Assembly (NCBI GenBank): GCA_964291285.2
Contig: OZ219785.1
Span: forward strand, 1,024,001-1,088,000
Direction of reading: 5' to 3'
Origin: Alphaproteobacteria bacterium
GTDB lineage: Bacteria; Pseudomonadota; Alphaproteobacteria; Bin95
Length of the DNA: 64,000 nucleotides
Every line of letters starts with the position of its first letter. Within the stretch, counting starts at the first letter, position 1. The position numbers and the translations under genes were made by a program. Shown here piece after piece: positions 27,730 through 37,798 of this stretch. The notes under the pieces were generated by a model, which was given only the letters and a program-made list of their open reading frames with translations, did not search any database and had not been told where the DNA came from.

Positions 27730-28281
27730 ATGAATTTCCTCTACCGCCTTGAAGACACGATTCTGGGACCGGTCGGCCGGTTCCTCGACGGCGCGGCCAC
27801 GCCGGTCCTGGCGCGACTGGTGTTCCTGGCGACGCTCGCCACCTTCTTCTGGTCGTCCGCCATGACCAAGCTCGGGGAAGGCGTCGGCGGCATCTTTTCG
27901 CTCTCGGCCGGCGCCTATGTGCAGATCCTGCCCGCGCAGATGGAGGCCGTCGGCTACGATGAATCGCAACTCGGCTTCTTCGCGGACCTGATCGTCCTCG
28001 CAGGCACCTGGGCGGAGTTCATCATTCCCGCGCTGATCGTGGTCGGGCTGTTCACGCGCGCCGCCAGCCTCGCCATGATCGGCTTCATCCTCGTGATGAG
28101 CTTCGTCGATATCGCGGGCCACGGGGCGGACGCGGCCACGATCGGCATGTGGTTCGACAATGTGCCGGACGCGAAAATCCTCGACCAGCGGCTGCTCTGG
28201 ATCTTCCTGCTGCTCATCCCCATCGCCCGCGGCGCCGGCCCGGTCTCGCTGGATGCCCTGCTGAGGCGCGGCAGCGCGTAG
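27730..28281 (+). CDS. DoxX family membrane protein
   Basis: FWSSAMTK, GTWAE, GLFTR, GAGPVSLD. Confidence 0.88.
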   Translation: MNFLYRLEDTILGPVGRFLDGAATPVLARLVFLATLATFFWSSAMTKLGEGVGGIFSLSAGAYVQILPAQMEAVGYDESQLGFFADLIVLAGTWAEFIIPALIVVGLFTRAASLAMIGFILVMSFVDIAGHGADAATIGMWFDNVPDAKILDQRLLWIFLLLIPIARGAGPVSLDALLRRGSA

Positions 28282-28360
28282 AGTTCCCAGGACCGGCGAA
28301 TTTACCGCGTGGGCCGCACCGGGTTATCCTCGCGCCGGACGCATCGCCGGCAGGGAGGGC

Positions 28361-28657
28361 ATGATGGCGAAGAGCTACTGGGTGAGCTGTTACCGGTCGA
28401 TCACGAATCCCGACGCGCTGGCCGCTTATGCGAAGCTTGCGGGCCCGGCGATAGAGGCCGGCGGCGGCAGGTTCCTCGCGCGCGGCGGGCGGGTACAGGC
28501 CTATGAGGCGGGCGTCGGCGAGCGCACCGTGGTCATCGAGTTCGCGAGCTTCGAGCAAGCCGTGGCGACCCATGACGGCGAAGCCTACCAGGCGGCGGCG
28601 GCAAAGCTCGAAGGGGCTGTCGAGCGCGACCTGCGGGTGGTCGAGGGTGTCGATTGA
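28361..28657 (+). CDS. DUF1330 domain protein
   Basis: GGRFLARGG, RTVVIEF, AYQAA. Confidence 0.85.
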   Translation: MMAKSYWVSCYRSITNPDALAAYAKLAGPAIEAGGGRFLARGGRVQAYEAGVGERTVVIEFASFEQAVATHDGEAYQAAAAKLEGAVERDLRVVEGVD

Positions 28658-28718
28658 CGCCGCGCCGGGCCCGGATGATAGTCTGGCGCCCGGACACCGA
28701 ACCGAGGAGGCCTGAACC

Positions 28719-29036
28719 ATGGCGGTAACTGCGATCGTCCGCATCCCGCTCTCCGACGGCATGACGCGCGAGGCGGCCAGGGCCGCGTTCGAGGCATCCG
28801 CCCCGCGCTATCGCGGCATAAGGGGGCTGGTGCGGAAATACTACCTCTTCTCCGAGGAAGCCCGGACGGGCGGCGGCGTCTATCTGTTCGACTCGCGGGA
28901 GGACGCCGAGCGGCTCTACGACGATGCCTGGAAGGCCAATATCCGCGAGCGCTACGGCGCCGACCCGTCGATAGAGATTTTCGAGTCGCCGGTGATCGTG
29001 GACAACGACGCAGGCGCCATCTCAGTCGCGGCCTGA
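28719..29036 (+). CDS. YdhR-like monooxygenase (dimeric alpha-beta barrel)
   Basis: GLVRKYYL, GGGVYLF. Confidence 0.8.
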   Translation: MAVTAIVRIPLSDGMTREAARAAFEASAPRYRGIRGLVRKYYLFSEEARTGGGVYLFDSREDAERLYDDAWKANIRERYGADPSIEIFESPVIVDNDAGAISVAA

Positions 29037-29185
29037 CCCGCGTCCCCTCACCTTCGGCGACCGGCGTCCTCCGAGAAGGGAATCTCCCTCCGGGACCGTC
29101 TGTCCGCGGATCCATCCAGATTTGTGCCTCGGGGCATGTTCTCCGGCAGCCATTGGCCCATGGGCGGCCGGGGCTGTGTCTTCGC

Positions 29186-29803
29186 CTACCGCTCGCCGTA
29201 ATGGCGGCGCCAGAGGGGGCCGACGACGGGGTGGGCGCGGACCGCGTCCCTGATCCGGGCGAGGCGCGGCGGCTCCGTGTCGCCGCGATACCAGACGAGG
29301 AACATGGCGAGGTAGATGTCCGCGACCGTCATCTCGCCGCCCAGCAGGAACGGCTCCTCGACATGCGCGTCGATGAGGCTGAGCGCCTCGCCCATGCGGC
29401 GGATGGCGGCGGTTCTGAGCGCATCGTGCCCCTCGGGGTCGTCGGTGAAACGGAACGGGTAGCCCCGCCTGAGCACCGCCTCGTAGAGGTTGACGTTGGC
29501 GAAGATCGTCCAGCGCAGGAACGCGCCATGCGCCGGCGTGCCGGGCGGCGGCGCGAGGCGCTTTTCCGGGAAGGAGAGCGCGAGATGGACCAGGATCGCC
29601 GAGGTCTCGGTCATCGCCGATCCGTCCGGCAGGATCAGGACGGGCAGCTGGCCCCAGGGATTGGTTTCGCGAAAACTCTCCGGCAGGGGCGTTCCGGCCT
29701 TCGAGTTCAGCTCGATCAGCTCGAACGGCGCCTCCGCCAGGGTCAGCGCCGCCTCGACGACGAACCCGCCCGAGCCCGGCCGGTTGTAGAGCGTGTAGCT
29801 CAC
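29186..29803 (-). CDS. Glutathione S-transferase family protein
   Basis: NPWGQLPVL, TETSAI, TVADIYL. Confidence 0.9.
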   Translation of the reverse strand: MSYTLYNRPGSGGFVVEAALTLAEAPFELIELNSKAGTPLPESFRETNPWGQLPVLILPDGSAMTETSAILVHLALSFPEKRLAPPPGTPAHGAFLRWTIFANVNLYEAVLRRGYPFRFTDDPEGHDALRTAAIRRMGEALSLIDAHVEEPFLLGGEMTVADIYLAMFLVWYRGDTEPPRLARIRDAVRAHPVVGPLWRRHYGER

Positions 29804-29814
29804 CAATCCCTCCT

Positions 29815-30678
29815 TCAGCGCGCCAGCATGGCGACCCAGTTGGCGTAGAAGCGCTCGCCGGCGGCGCGCCAGCGGTCTCCCGGCGGCTCTGCGGGATCGT
29901 CGTCCGGGTAGTAGGCCTTGGGCACCGGCACGTCGTCGCGGCGGCCGAGGTCGCGCCTGTATTCGTCGTCGAGCGTGCCCGCCTCATATTCGAAATGGTT
30001 GAGCGCGTGGACATGGCCGAGCGCCGGCTCGCAGATGGCGCCGACATTGGCCTCGTCATGGTCGAGCAGCAGGTCGAGGCTTGCGCCGGCCCGTGCAAGG
30101 TCTTCCCGGCGGGTCTCGGTATGGCGCGAGACCGGCATCGCCACCGGCCCTTCCAGCCCGGCGACGGCGGCGCTGGCGGGCGCGGCGACCCGGTGCTCGA
30201 ACACGCCGAAGCGCTTCTCCGGCAGGGCGTGCTTGGGCACGCCGTGATAGCGGTAGAGCGCGGCCTGCGCGGCCCAGCACAGCGTGAACAGCGGCGTCTT
30301 CCGGGCGCGCAGCCCGCCCAGCAGATGCGTGATCTCCTCCCAGTAATCGACCGCCTCGAAATCCAGCAACTCGATGGGCGCGCCGGTCAGGATCACGCCG
30401 TCCGCCTCCTCCGCCGCGTCCAGCCCGCCATAGAAGGCGGCCATGTGCCCGGGATCGGCGTTCTTGCCCCGGTAGCGCGAGGGAACCGCGAGCGAGAGCG
30501 CGATATCCGGGCCGGCAAGGCCGAGCTTGCGGGCGATCTGCCGCTCGGTCTTCTGTTTCTCCGGCATGAGGTTGACCAGCAGCACGCGGCGCGCCGGCCT
30601 GTCGTCGGAGAAGAGCGGCACGCCCTCCTCCGCAAGCTCGGCCGCCGCCGGCAGTCCCTCCGCAAGCCGAATGGCCAT
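29815..30678 (-). CDS. metA: Homoserine O-acyltransferase (MetA family, probably acetyl-specific)
   Basis: NLMP, TGAPIE, CWAAQA (Cys nucleophile), SRHT, HFEY. Confidence 0.9.
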   Translation of the reverse strand: MAIRLAEGLPAAAELAEEGVPLFSDDRPARRVLLVNLMPEKQKTERQIARKLGLAGPDIALSLAVPSRYRGKNADPGHMAAFYGGLDAAEEADGVILTGAPIELLDFEAVDYWEEITHLLGGLRARKTPLFTLCWAAQAALYRYHGVPKHALPEKRFGVFEHRVAAPASAAVAGLEGPVAMPVSRHTETRREDLARAGASLDLLLDHDEANVGAICEPALGHVHALNHFEYEAGTLDDEYRRDLGRRDDVPVPKAYYPDDDPAEPPGDRWRAAGERFYANWVAMLAR

Positions 30679-31583
30679 CAGCCGCCCTTCCTTTCCGCCT
30701 GCCGCCGCTCGCAGAGTCCGGTGTAGGCCTCCAACCGGTCGCCGCCATGCTCCCAGAGGGTCGCGAGGAAGCGGTCCGCATCGGGAATGCCGTCGTTGGG
30801 GAACACGTCTGCGGTCTCCAGGGCCAGGCCGTAGCGGGCGAGGCGCTCATAGCGGGGCCGGCGGAAGGCAAGCAGTTCCGGGAAGAGCGGGCGCACGAAT
30901 CCGACCGGATCGACGCCCGCGCCGTCCCCGGGCATGCCCTCCAGGCGCGGCATCAGGAAGTCGGGATTATAGAACAGCGGCTTGGGATGGGTGCGGGCGC
31001 GTTCCTTCAGGGTCTCCTCGAAGGCGGCGTCGGCGCGGATATAGACGATCAGGCTGTGGGCCGTGAGCCGTTCCAGCACCGGGTCTTCCGGGTCGTCAAG
31101 ATCGACCACCTCGCAGAGCGAGCCGGAGGCGTCGTTGACGAAGCTCTCGCACCCGTAAAGCCGCCAGCCCTTGGCGATGAAGTCCGGCACGTCGAGCATC
31201 GACTGTATCTCGGCATCCCGGTAAAGCCTCTGGCGGTGGAGGAAGGTCTCCATGTCCAGCCCGCCCGCGGCCGGGTCGCCGTACATGCCGAGGAAGGTCG
31301 AGACCGGCTCCAGATTGTCCACGGAGATATTGTGCTCGATATAGATCGAGTCGGACCGCAGCAGGTCGGCGACGAAGCGGTCCGCCATCGACATGATCTT
31401 GAACTTGATGTTGTCGAGGATGTGCTCGGCCAGGTAGCGCGTGCCGATGCGGTAGTCGGCGGAATAGTGGAACCAGTCGGCCGACCGGCGCAGCGACGTC
31501 GAGAGCACGGTCTTGCCGACGCCCGACATGCCGAGCAGCGTGATCGCGTGGGGGAGCGCCCGGAACGCCTCGAAGCTGCCCAT
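30678..31583 (-). CDS. Uncharacterised P-loop ATPase/kinase-like protein
   Basis: LLGMSGVGKT Walker A, DYRIGTRY, DASGSLCE; stop overlaps metA start. Confidence 0.8.
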   Translation of the reverse strand: MGSFEAFRALPHAITLLGMSGVGKTVLSTSLRRSADWFHYSADYRIGTRYLAEHILDNIKFKIMSMADRFVADLLRSDSIYIEHNISVDNLEPVSTFLGMYGDPAAGGLDMETFLHRQRLYRDAEIQSMLDVPDFIAKGWRLYGCESFVNDASGSLCEVVDLDDPEDPVLERLTAHSLIVYIRADAAFEETLKERARTHPKPLFYNPDFLMPRLEGMPGDGAGVDPVGFVRPLFPELLAFRRPRYERLARYGLALETADVFPNDGIPDADRFLATLWEHGGDRLEAYTGLCERRQAERKGG

Positions 31584-31591
31584 GGGCGCGC

Positions 31592-32860
31592 TCACCCGGC
31601 GAGGCGCGGATGCAGCCAGGCGGCGGCGGCGAGCAGGCCGGCATCGCCGCCCGCCCGGCCGACGAGCTGGACCCCGACCGGCAGGCCGTTGCCGGCGGAG
31701 AAGCCCGGCAGCGTGATGCAGGGCACGCCCAGCGTGGTCCAGATGCGGTTGCATTCCGGCGAGCCGGTCCAGCCGAGGCCTTCCGGCGCCTCGCCGGGCG
31801 CAGCCGGGGTGATGAGCGCGTCCACGCCGTCGAAGACCTTGTCGAAGGCCGCCCGCGCCGCCTCGCGGACGCCGAGCGCCCAGAGATAGCGTTCACGGTC
31901 GAGGCCGAGGCCGGTTTCGACGATCTGGCGGATGGCGTCGCTCATGTCCTCCCGGCGCATGCGGTATTCCCAGGCCAGCAGGCGGGCGCCCTCATAGGGC
32001 ATGATGACATCGTGGGCCGCCGGCACCTCGTCGCAGGGAGGCGGCAGCACAAGGTCATCCGGCCCGGCGCCGGCGGCCGCGCGCGCAGCCTCCATCGCCT
32101 TGACCGACGCCGGCTCGACGCAATGCCAGGCCGGACTCGGGCACATGGCGAAGCGCGCCGGACGGGCCTCGACCCGCGAGATCGGGATGCCCGCCATCGC
32201 CTGCACGAAGGCGCCGGCGTCGGCAACCGTGCGCGCCATGGAGCCCACCGTGTCCAGCGTCTCGGAGATCGGCTTCACGCCCGCGCGCGGCACCGTGCCG
32301 AAGGTCGGCTTGAAGCCGACCGCGCCGCAATAGGAGGCCGGGCGGACCACCGAGCCCGCGGTCTGGGTGCCGATGGCCAGCGGCACCTGGTAATCGGCCA
32401 CTCCCGCGGCCGAGCCCTGCGAGGAGCCGCCCGGCGTGTGGGCCGGGTCCACCGGATTGCGGGTCTTGCCCGGATGGCGCATGGCGAACTCGGTCGTCAC
32501 CGTCTTGCCGAGCACCACCATGCCCGCGTCGCGCAGCAGCGCCACCGGCGCGGCGTCCCAGGCCGGGCGGTTGCCGGGCGTGTAGATCGGCGAACCGTAG
32601 CCGGTCGGCATGTCATGCGTGTCGATGATGTCCTTGACGCCGGCCGGCACGCCGTGGAGCGCCGAGCGGGGCTCCTCCCGGTCGCGCTGCCGTGCTTCGG
32701 CGAGCGCGGCCTCCGGGTCGAGATGGATCCAGGCGCCGACCTGCTCGTCCCGCGCCTCGATATGCGCGAGGCAGGATTCGACCAGCCGCTCGGACGTCAG
32801 GTCTCCCGCCCGGATGGCGGCGGCGGCGTCGAGGCCGGAGAGGAGATGGGGTCGGGTCAT
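31592..32860 (-). CDS. Amidase signature family protein
   Basis: VKDI, GGSSQGS, GTQTAGSVVRP. Confidence 0.9.
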   Translation of the reverse strand: MTRPHLLSGLDAAAAIRAGDLTSERLVESCLAHIEARDEQVGAWIHLDPEAALAEARQRDREEPRSALHGVPAGVKDIIDTHDMPTGYGSPIYTPGNRPAWDAAPVALLRDAGMVVLGKTVTTEFAMRHPGKTRNPVDPAHTPGGSSQGSAAGVADYQVPLAIGTQTAGSVVRPASYCGAVGFKPTFGTVPRAGVKPISETLDTVGSMARTVADAGAFVQAMAGIPISRVEARPARFAMCPSPAWHCVEPASVKAMEAARAAAGAGPDDLVLPPPCDEVPAAHDVIMPYEGARLLAWEYRMRREDMSDAIRQIVETGLGLDRERYLWALGVREAARAAFDKVFDGVDALITPAAPGEAPEGLGWTGSPECNRIWTTLGVPCITLPGFSAGNGLPVGVQLVGRAGGDAGLLAAAAWLHPRLAG

Positions 32861-34032
32861 GGGCGCCTCGCGAAGCTGCGGCCGATAAGCTGGCGGTGGA
32901 TCTGGTTGGTCCCTTCCCAGATCTGGGTGATCTTGGCGTCGCGCAGCAGCCGTTCCGCGCGATACTCCCTGATATAGCCGTAACCGCCGTGAAGCTGCAC
33001 GCACATATCGGCGGCCTTCATGGCGAGGTCGGAGGCGGAGAGCTTGGCCATGGAGGCCTCGATGCCGATATCGTCCAGGCCCTCGTCCACCAGCCCGGCG
33101 ACATAGCCCAGCCAGAGCTCCGCCTGGGCAAGCTCGGTGGCGAGGTCGGCCAGCATGAACTGGATGCCCTGGAAATCCGCGATGCGCCGGCCGGACTGGC
33201 GCCGCTGGCCGATATAGGCCACGGCGTCGCCGAAGGCGGCGCGCGCAATGCCGAGCGCATGGGCGGCGATGGAGGGCCTCGACTTGTTGAGCGCGCCGAA
33301 CAGCACCTTCAGCCCCTCGCCGGGCCCGAGGATGAGGTTCTCCCGCGGCACGCGCACGCCCTCGAAGGCGAGCGCCGCCGTGGAACTCGCGCGCAGGCCG
33401 AGCTTGTCCTCAAGCCGCAGCACGCTTATGCCGGTGGCCTCCCTCTCGACGGCGAGCGCCGTGATCGCCGCGCGCCCGTCCTCGATCTCCGCCCATTTGC
33501 CGAACAGCACACAGACGTCCGCCACGTCTCCGTTGGTGATGAAGGTCTTGGCGCCGTCGATGACGATGTCGCCGCCGTCCGGGCGGAAGCGGGTGCGCAT
33601 GCCGGTGGCGTCGGAGCCGGCGTTCTCCTCGGTGATGCAGAGCGCGGCGAGGCCGCCGTCGGCGATGCGCGGCAGGATGCGGCGCTTCAGTTCGTCGCTG
33701 CCGAAGTCGATCACCGGCTTGATGGCGTGGAAGGTGGTTGACCACACGATTCCGGTCGCCGCGCAGGCCCGCGCCATCTCGTGCGCCGCGCGGATATAGC
33801 AGGCGAAGGACAGGCCGGCCCCGCCATAGGCTTCGGGGACGAACATCCGGTTGAGTTCGAGCTCGCGCATGGCGGCGAGATTGTCCCAGGGGAAGCGGGC
33901 CTCCGCGTCGAGGGCGGCCGCGGCCGGGGCTACCACCCGTTCCGCAAGGCGCTTCACGGCCTCCAGCACCGCCGCTTCCTCGTCCGGCAGCGCTTTTTCG
34001 AGGCGGGCGTCGAGGCGGTCGAGCACGGTCAT
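32857..34032 (-). CDS. Acyl-CoA dehydrogenase
   Basis: ITEENAGSDA, KTFITNG, HGGYGY, IWEGTNQI. Confidence 0.93.
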   Translation of the reverse strand: MTVLDRLDARLEKALPDEEAAVLEAVKRLAERVVAPAAAALDAEARFPWDNLAAMRELELNRMFVPEAYGGAGLSFACYIRAAHEMARACAATGIVWSTTFHAIKPVIDFGSDELKRRILPRIADGGLAALCITEENAGSDATGMRTRFRPDGGDIVIDGAKTFITNGDVADVCVLFGKWAEIEDGRAAITALAVEREATGISVLRLEDKLGLRASSTAALAFEGVRVPRENLILGPGEGLKVLFGALNKSRPSIAAHALGIARAAFGDAVAYIGQRRQSGRRIADFQGIQFMLADLATELAQAELWLGYVAGLVDEGLDDIGIEASMAKLSASDLAMKAADMCVQLHGGYGYIREYRAERLLRDAKITQIWEGTNQIHRQLIGRSFARRP

Positions 34033-34742
34033 TGGTTGATGCTCTGCGCCCCGTCCATCACGATGGTCTCGCCGGTGAGGTAGTGGATCTTCTCGGCGAA
34101 CAGCAGCGCCACGAAGCGCGCCACCTCGTCCACGCTTCCGGGGCGGCCGACCGGGATGCGCCGCTCCAGCCAGGCGCGGAAGCGCGGATTGGCGAGGATT
34201 TCGGCGTTCATGTCCGTCTCCACATAGCCGGGGGCGACGGTATAGACCGAAATATTGTCCTGCGCCCACTCCACCGCGAGGCAGCGTGTCAGGCCGGAGA
34301 CGGCGGCCTTCGACGCGCAATAGGCGGTGTTGGCGCGCACGCCGAGCCGCTCCCAGTAGGAGCCGAGATTGACGACGATGCCGCCGCCATTGGCCTTTAG
34401 GTGCGGATAGGCGGCCTGCGCGGCGGCGAAGACGGCAGTGGTGTTGACCGCCATGGTCCGGGCGAAGTCCTCGACCGGGAACCCGGCGCTCGGCCCCTGC
34501 AGGTGGACGCCGGCATTGTTGACCAGCCCCTCCAGCCCGCCGAGGTCCCGCGCTGCCGCATCGAGCGCGCGGGCGAGGCCGGCCGTGTCGGTCACGTCCA
34601 CGGGCCATGCCGGCAGGTCCAGCCCCTCCGGGCCCCGGCCGGACCGCGTCAGGCAGGCCACCGCGAAGCCCCGCTCCGCCAGCGCCGTCGCAATGCCTGC
34701 GCCGATGCCCCGATTGGCCCCCGTCACCGCAATCGCCGCCAT
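34029..34742 (-). CDS. SDR family oxidoreductase
   Basis: TGANRGIG, NNAG, YCASK. Confidence 0.92.
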   Translation of the reverse strand: MAAIAVTGANRGIGAGIATALAERGFAVACLTRSGRGPEGLDLPAWPVDVTDTAGLARALDAAARDLGGLEGLVNNAGVHLQGPSAGFPVEDFARTMAVNTTAVFAAAQAAYPHLKANGGGIVVNLGSYWERLGVRANTAYCASKAAVSGLTRCLAVEWAQDNISVYTVAPGYVETDMNAEILANPRFRAWLERRIPVGRPGSVDEVARFVALLFAEKIHYLTGETIVMDGAQSINQ

Positions 34743-34937
34743 TGACCCTCCGTCTGTGCCGGTTCTTCGGGTGACGGCCAGAATGGCACGGGCGGGCTGC
34801 GGCGGCGACTCCGGACCGGAACATGTCCTCGCCATCTCGACCGGGAGCCGCAGGCGCAAAGACGATTTCATTGACACGACCTGCGCCCGGCATATCTTTT
34901 TCGTCAGGTGATATTCTGGAAGCGGATCGCCACGTTT

Positions 34938-35228
34938 ATGAAGACTTTTGCAAATTTCGGGCCGAGCCGGCCTGAACTGATCGAAGACATGCCGCTGGAA
35001 GAAGCGGTATGGGTCGATCCGGCGCGCATGAGCGGCGTTCCCTGCTTCCGGGGCACGCGCCTGCCCGTGCGGCAATTGTTCGACTGGCTCGAGGATGGCG
35101 TGCCGCTGGACGAATTCCTCCGCGATTTTCAGATCGATCCCAGGGCCGCCGCGGCTGTCTTGCGAGCGGGTGCCGAAGCTGTCTGTACAGCCGCGACCGA
35201 GAATCCGAACTGCGCCTCCCATAGTTGA
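34938..35228 (+). CDS. DUF433 family antitoxin
   Basis: DPARMSGVPCFRGTRLPV motif. Confidence 0.85.
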   Translation: MKTFANFGPSRPELIEDMPLEEAVWVDPARMSGVPCFRGTRLPVRQLFDWLEDGVPLDEFLRDFQIDPRAAAAVLRAGAEAVCTAATENPNCASHS

Positions 35229-35240
35229 TTCCATACACTC

Positions 35241-35570
35241 GTGAAGGTCCTTCTCGACGTCGGGATTTCGCCGCGTCTGCGTCTTCCGCTTCAGGCGGAA
35301 CTCGGAGATGTGGCGATCGAAAGCGCTATTGTCCGTCGATGGCGCGCCCTGCGGGACGATGAATTGCTGCTGCGGGCCCGTCTGAATGGCTTTACGGCTC
35401 TGGTAACGACTGACAAGCGCCTGGCCGCGGAACAGAGAGACCTTTCAATTGCCGTCGTAGCCGTGGATGACAATCGTCTGGCCAGCCTGGTCGCGGCGGT
35501 GGCCGATATCGCGGATGCCATTCGGTCCGCCGGGCCGGGAGAGCACCGGGTCGTAGCTGTCCGCCGCTGA
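35241..35570 (+). CDS. PIN-like (DUF5615/VapC45-type) toxin
   Basis: KVLLD, D-x-ELL, LVTTDK; follows DUF433 gene. Confidence 0.78.
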   Translation: MKVLLDVGISPRLRLPLQAELGDVAIESAIVRRWRALRDDELLLRARLNGFTALVTTDKRLAAEQRDLSIAVVAVDDNRLASLVAAVADIADAIRSAGPGEHRVVAVRR

Positions 35571-35674
35571 TGGGCCGCATTTCTTCCCCGACCATGCCTG
35601 CCGCCCGCTGCCGTTGATCCCCTCCGGCAGGCCCCCTACGCTGTCTTCGACGGGGCATTTGGGGATGGCGGATC

Positions 35675-36823
35675 ATGGGCGGCGACATGGATTTCGAGGC
35701 GTATCTGGCCGGGGTCGAGGCGTTCACGCGCGAGGAGCTGATCCCGAACGAGGAGCGGGTGGAAGAGCTGGGCCGTGTGCCGGAGGACCTTGTGCGGCGG
35801 ATTTGCGAGATGCGGCTCTTCGCCATCTCGATCCCGGAGGAATACGGGGGCCTCGGCCTCAGCCAGGAGCAGCAGGTGCGGCTCACCTTCGCCTTCACCC
35901 GGGCCTCGGCCGTGTTCCGCGCCCGCTTCTCGACCACGATCGGGCTCTGCAGCCAGGCGATCCTCGACTTCGCCACGGAGGCGCAGAAGCGGAAATACCT
36001 GCCCGCCATGGCGGAAGGCCGCTGCACCGGCGCCTTCTCGCTGACCGAGCCGGACTACGGCTCCGACGCGGCCAACCTCGCAACGACGGCGGTGCGCGAC
36101 GGCGCGGACTATGTGCTGAACGGCACCAAGCGCTACATCACCAACGCGGCGGACGCCGACATGTTCCTGGTCATGGCGCGCACGGGCGGCCCCGGCGCGG
36201 GCGGCGTTTCGGCGTTCGCGGTCGATGCCGGCACGCCGGGCATCCGGGCGGGCGAACCCGTCGCCATGATGGGGCACAGCGGGTCCAGGGTCTCCGAGGT
36301 CTATCTGGAGGACTGCCGCGTGCCCGGAGACGCGCTGGTCGGCGGGCAGGAGGGGCTCGGGCTCAAGGCGGCGCTGCGAGGCATCAACCATGCGCGCACC
36401 CATGTCGCCGCCACCTGCGTCGGGCAGGCGAAACGGCTGGTCGGCGAGGCGGTCCGCTATGCCCGCGAGCGCCGCCAGTTCGGCAAGGCTATCGGCGAAC
36501 ACCAGCTCGTCCAGGCCATGCTCGCCGACATGCGCGCCGACACCTACGCGGCCGAGGCGATGGTGCTGGACTGCGCCCGCCGGTTCGAACGGCGTCCGCT
36601 GCCCTTCGCGGACATCGCCTGCGCCAAGTATTTCGCCTCCGAGATGGTGAGCCGGGTCGCCGACAAGGCGGTCCAGATCCTCGGCGGGCAGGGCTATATG
36701 GCCGGGAACGCCGTCGCCCGCCTCTACCGCGACACGCGGCTGTTCCGCATCTTCGAGGGCACCTCGCAGATCCAGCAGCAGCAGATCGCCCGCGCCATGC
36801 TGCGCGACGAGGCGGACGCTTAA
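35675..36823 (+). CDS. Acyl-CoA dehydrogenase
   Basis: LTEPDYGSDA, GTKRYITNA, IFEGTSQI. Confidence 0.93.
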   Translation: MGGDMDFEAYLAGVEAFTREELIPNEERVEELGRVPEDLVRRICEMRLFAISIPEEYGGLGLSQEQQVRLTFAFTRASAVFRARFSTTIGLCSQAILDFATEAQKRKYLPAMAEGRCTGAFSLTEPDYGSDAANLATTAVRDGADYVLNGTKRYITNAADADMFLVMARTGGPGAGGVSAFAVDAGTPGIRAGEPVAMMGHSGSRVSEVYLEDCRVPGDALVGGQEGLGLKAALRGINHARTHVAATCVGQAKRLVGEAVRYARERRQFGKAIGEHQLVQAMLADMRADTYAAEAMVLDCARRFERRPLPFADIACAKYFASEMVSRVADKAVQILGGQGYMAGNAVARLYRDTRLFRIFEGTSQIQQQQIARAMLRDEADA

Positions 36824-36894
36824 ATTCCCCGCCCGGACGCACCATATCGAAGGCATGGGGCGGCCGCCGCCGCTCGGTACCGGAGGGGTGTGAG

Positions 36895-37734
36895 ATGGGC
36901 CTCAAGAACATTCTCGTGCATGTGGACGGCAGCGAGCGCGCCGGGGAGCGCATCCGCGTGGCCGCAGGTCTCGCCGGGGCGGACGACGGCCATCTGACCG
37001 GGGTCTTCGTTTCTCCGGACCCGTTGATTCCGACCTGGATGGTGGCGGGGATGCCGCCGAGCGCGCTGGAGGCCGCCGTCGAAAGGGTCCGCGGCGAGGG
37101 CGAAACGGCGCGCGGGCGCTTCCTGGAGATCGCGGAGCGGGCCGGCGTCCATGCCGAATGGCGCATGGCGTCGGGGTCGGTCAGCCAGGTGACGGCATTG
37201 CACGCGCGCTATGCGGACCTCGCCGTGGTGGGCAAGGGCAGCGCGTCGGAACCGGAACTCTACCCTTATCCGGAGCTCGCCGCCGACCTCACCATGAGCT
37301 GCGGACGCCCGGTCCTGGTGGTGCCCAACTCCGGGCGGTTCGACGTGCTGGGCAGGACCATACTCGTGTGCTGGAACGCCAGCCGCGAGGCCACGCGGGC
37401 GGTGAACGATGCCATGCCGCTCCTGCGCCGGGCGGAGAAGGTGGTGGTCCTCTCGGTCAATGCGCACCGGCCCTCCGGCGGCGACCACGGCGAAATCCCG
37501 AGCGCCAATATCGCGCTGCACCTGGCGCGCCACGGCGTGAACGCCGAAGCCGCGAACACCGTCGCCGACGGCATTTCCGTCTCGGACATCGTGCTCTCGC
37601 ATGTGAGCGACCGGGGGATCGACCTGATCGTCACGGGCGCCTGGGGACATTCCCGCATGCGCGAATGGGCGTTCGGCGGCGTCACCGCCTCGCTGCTGCG
37701 CGACACCACGGTTCCCGCCCTGATGTCGCATTGA
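36895..37734 (+). CDS. Universal stress protein (tandem USP)
   Basis: NILVHVD, GRPVLVVP, WNASREA, GAWGHSR...GGVT. Confidence 0.9.
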   Translation: MGLKNILVHVDGSERAGERIRVAAGLAGADDGHLTGVFVSPDPLIPTWMVAGMPPSALEAAVERVRGEGETARGRFLEIAERAGVHAEWRMASGSVSQVTALHARYADLAVVGKGSASEPELYPYPELAADLTMSCGRPVLVVPNSGRFDVLGRTILVCWNASREATRAVNDAMPLLRRAEKVVVLSVNAHRPSGGDHGEIPSANIALHLARHGVNAEAANTVADGISVSDIVLSHVSDRGIDLIVTGAWGHSRMREWAFGGVTASLLRDTTVPALMSH

Positions 37735-37798
37735 AACCCGACCCTGCCGGGAGTATGAACGGAACGAGAAGGACTGCGTTCAAGCGGGGGAAACGGTC

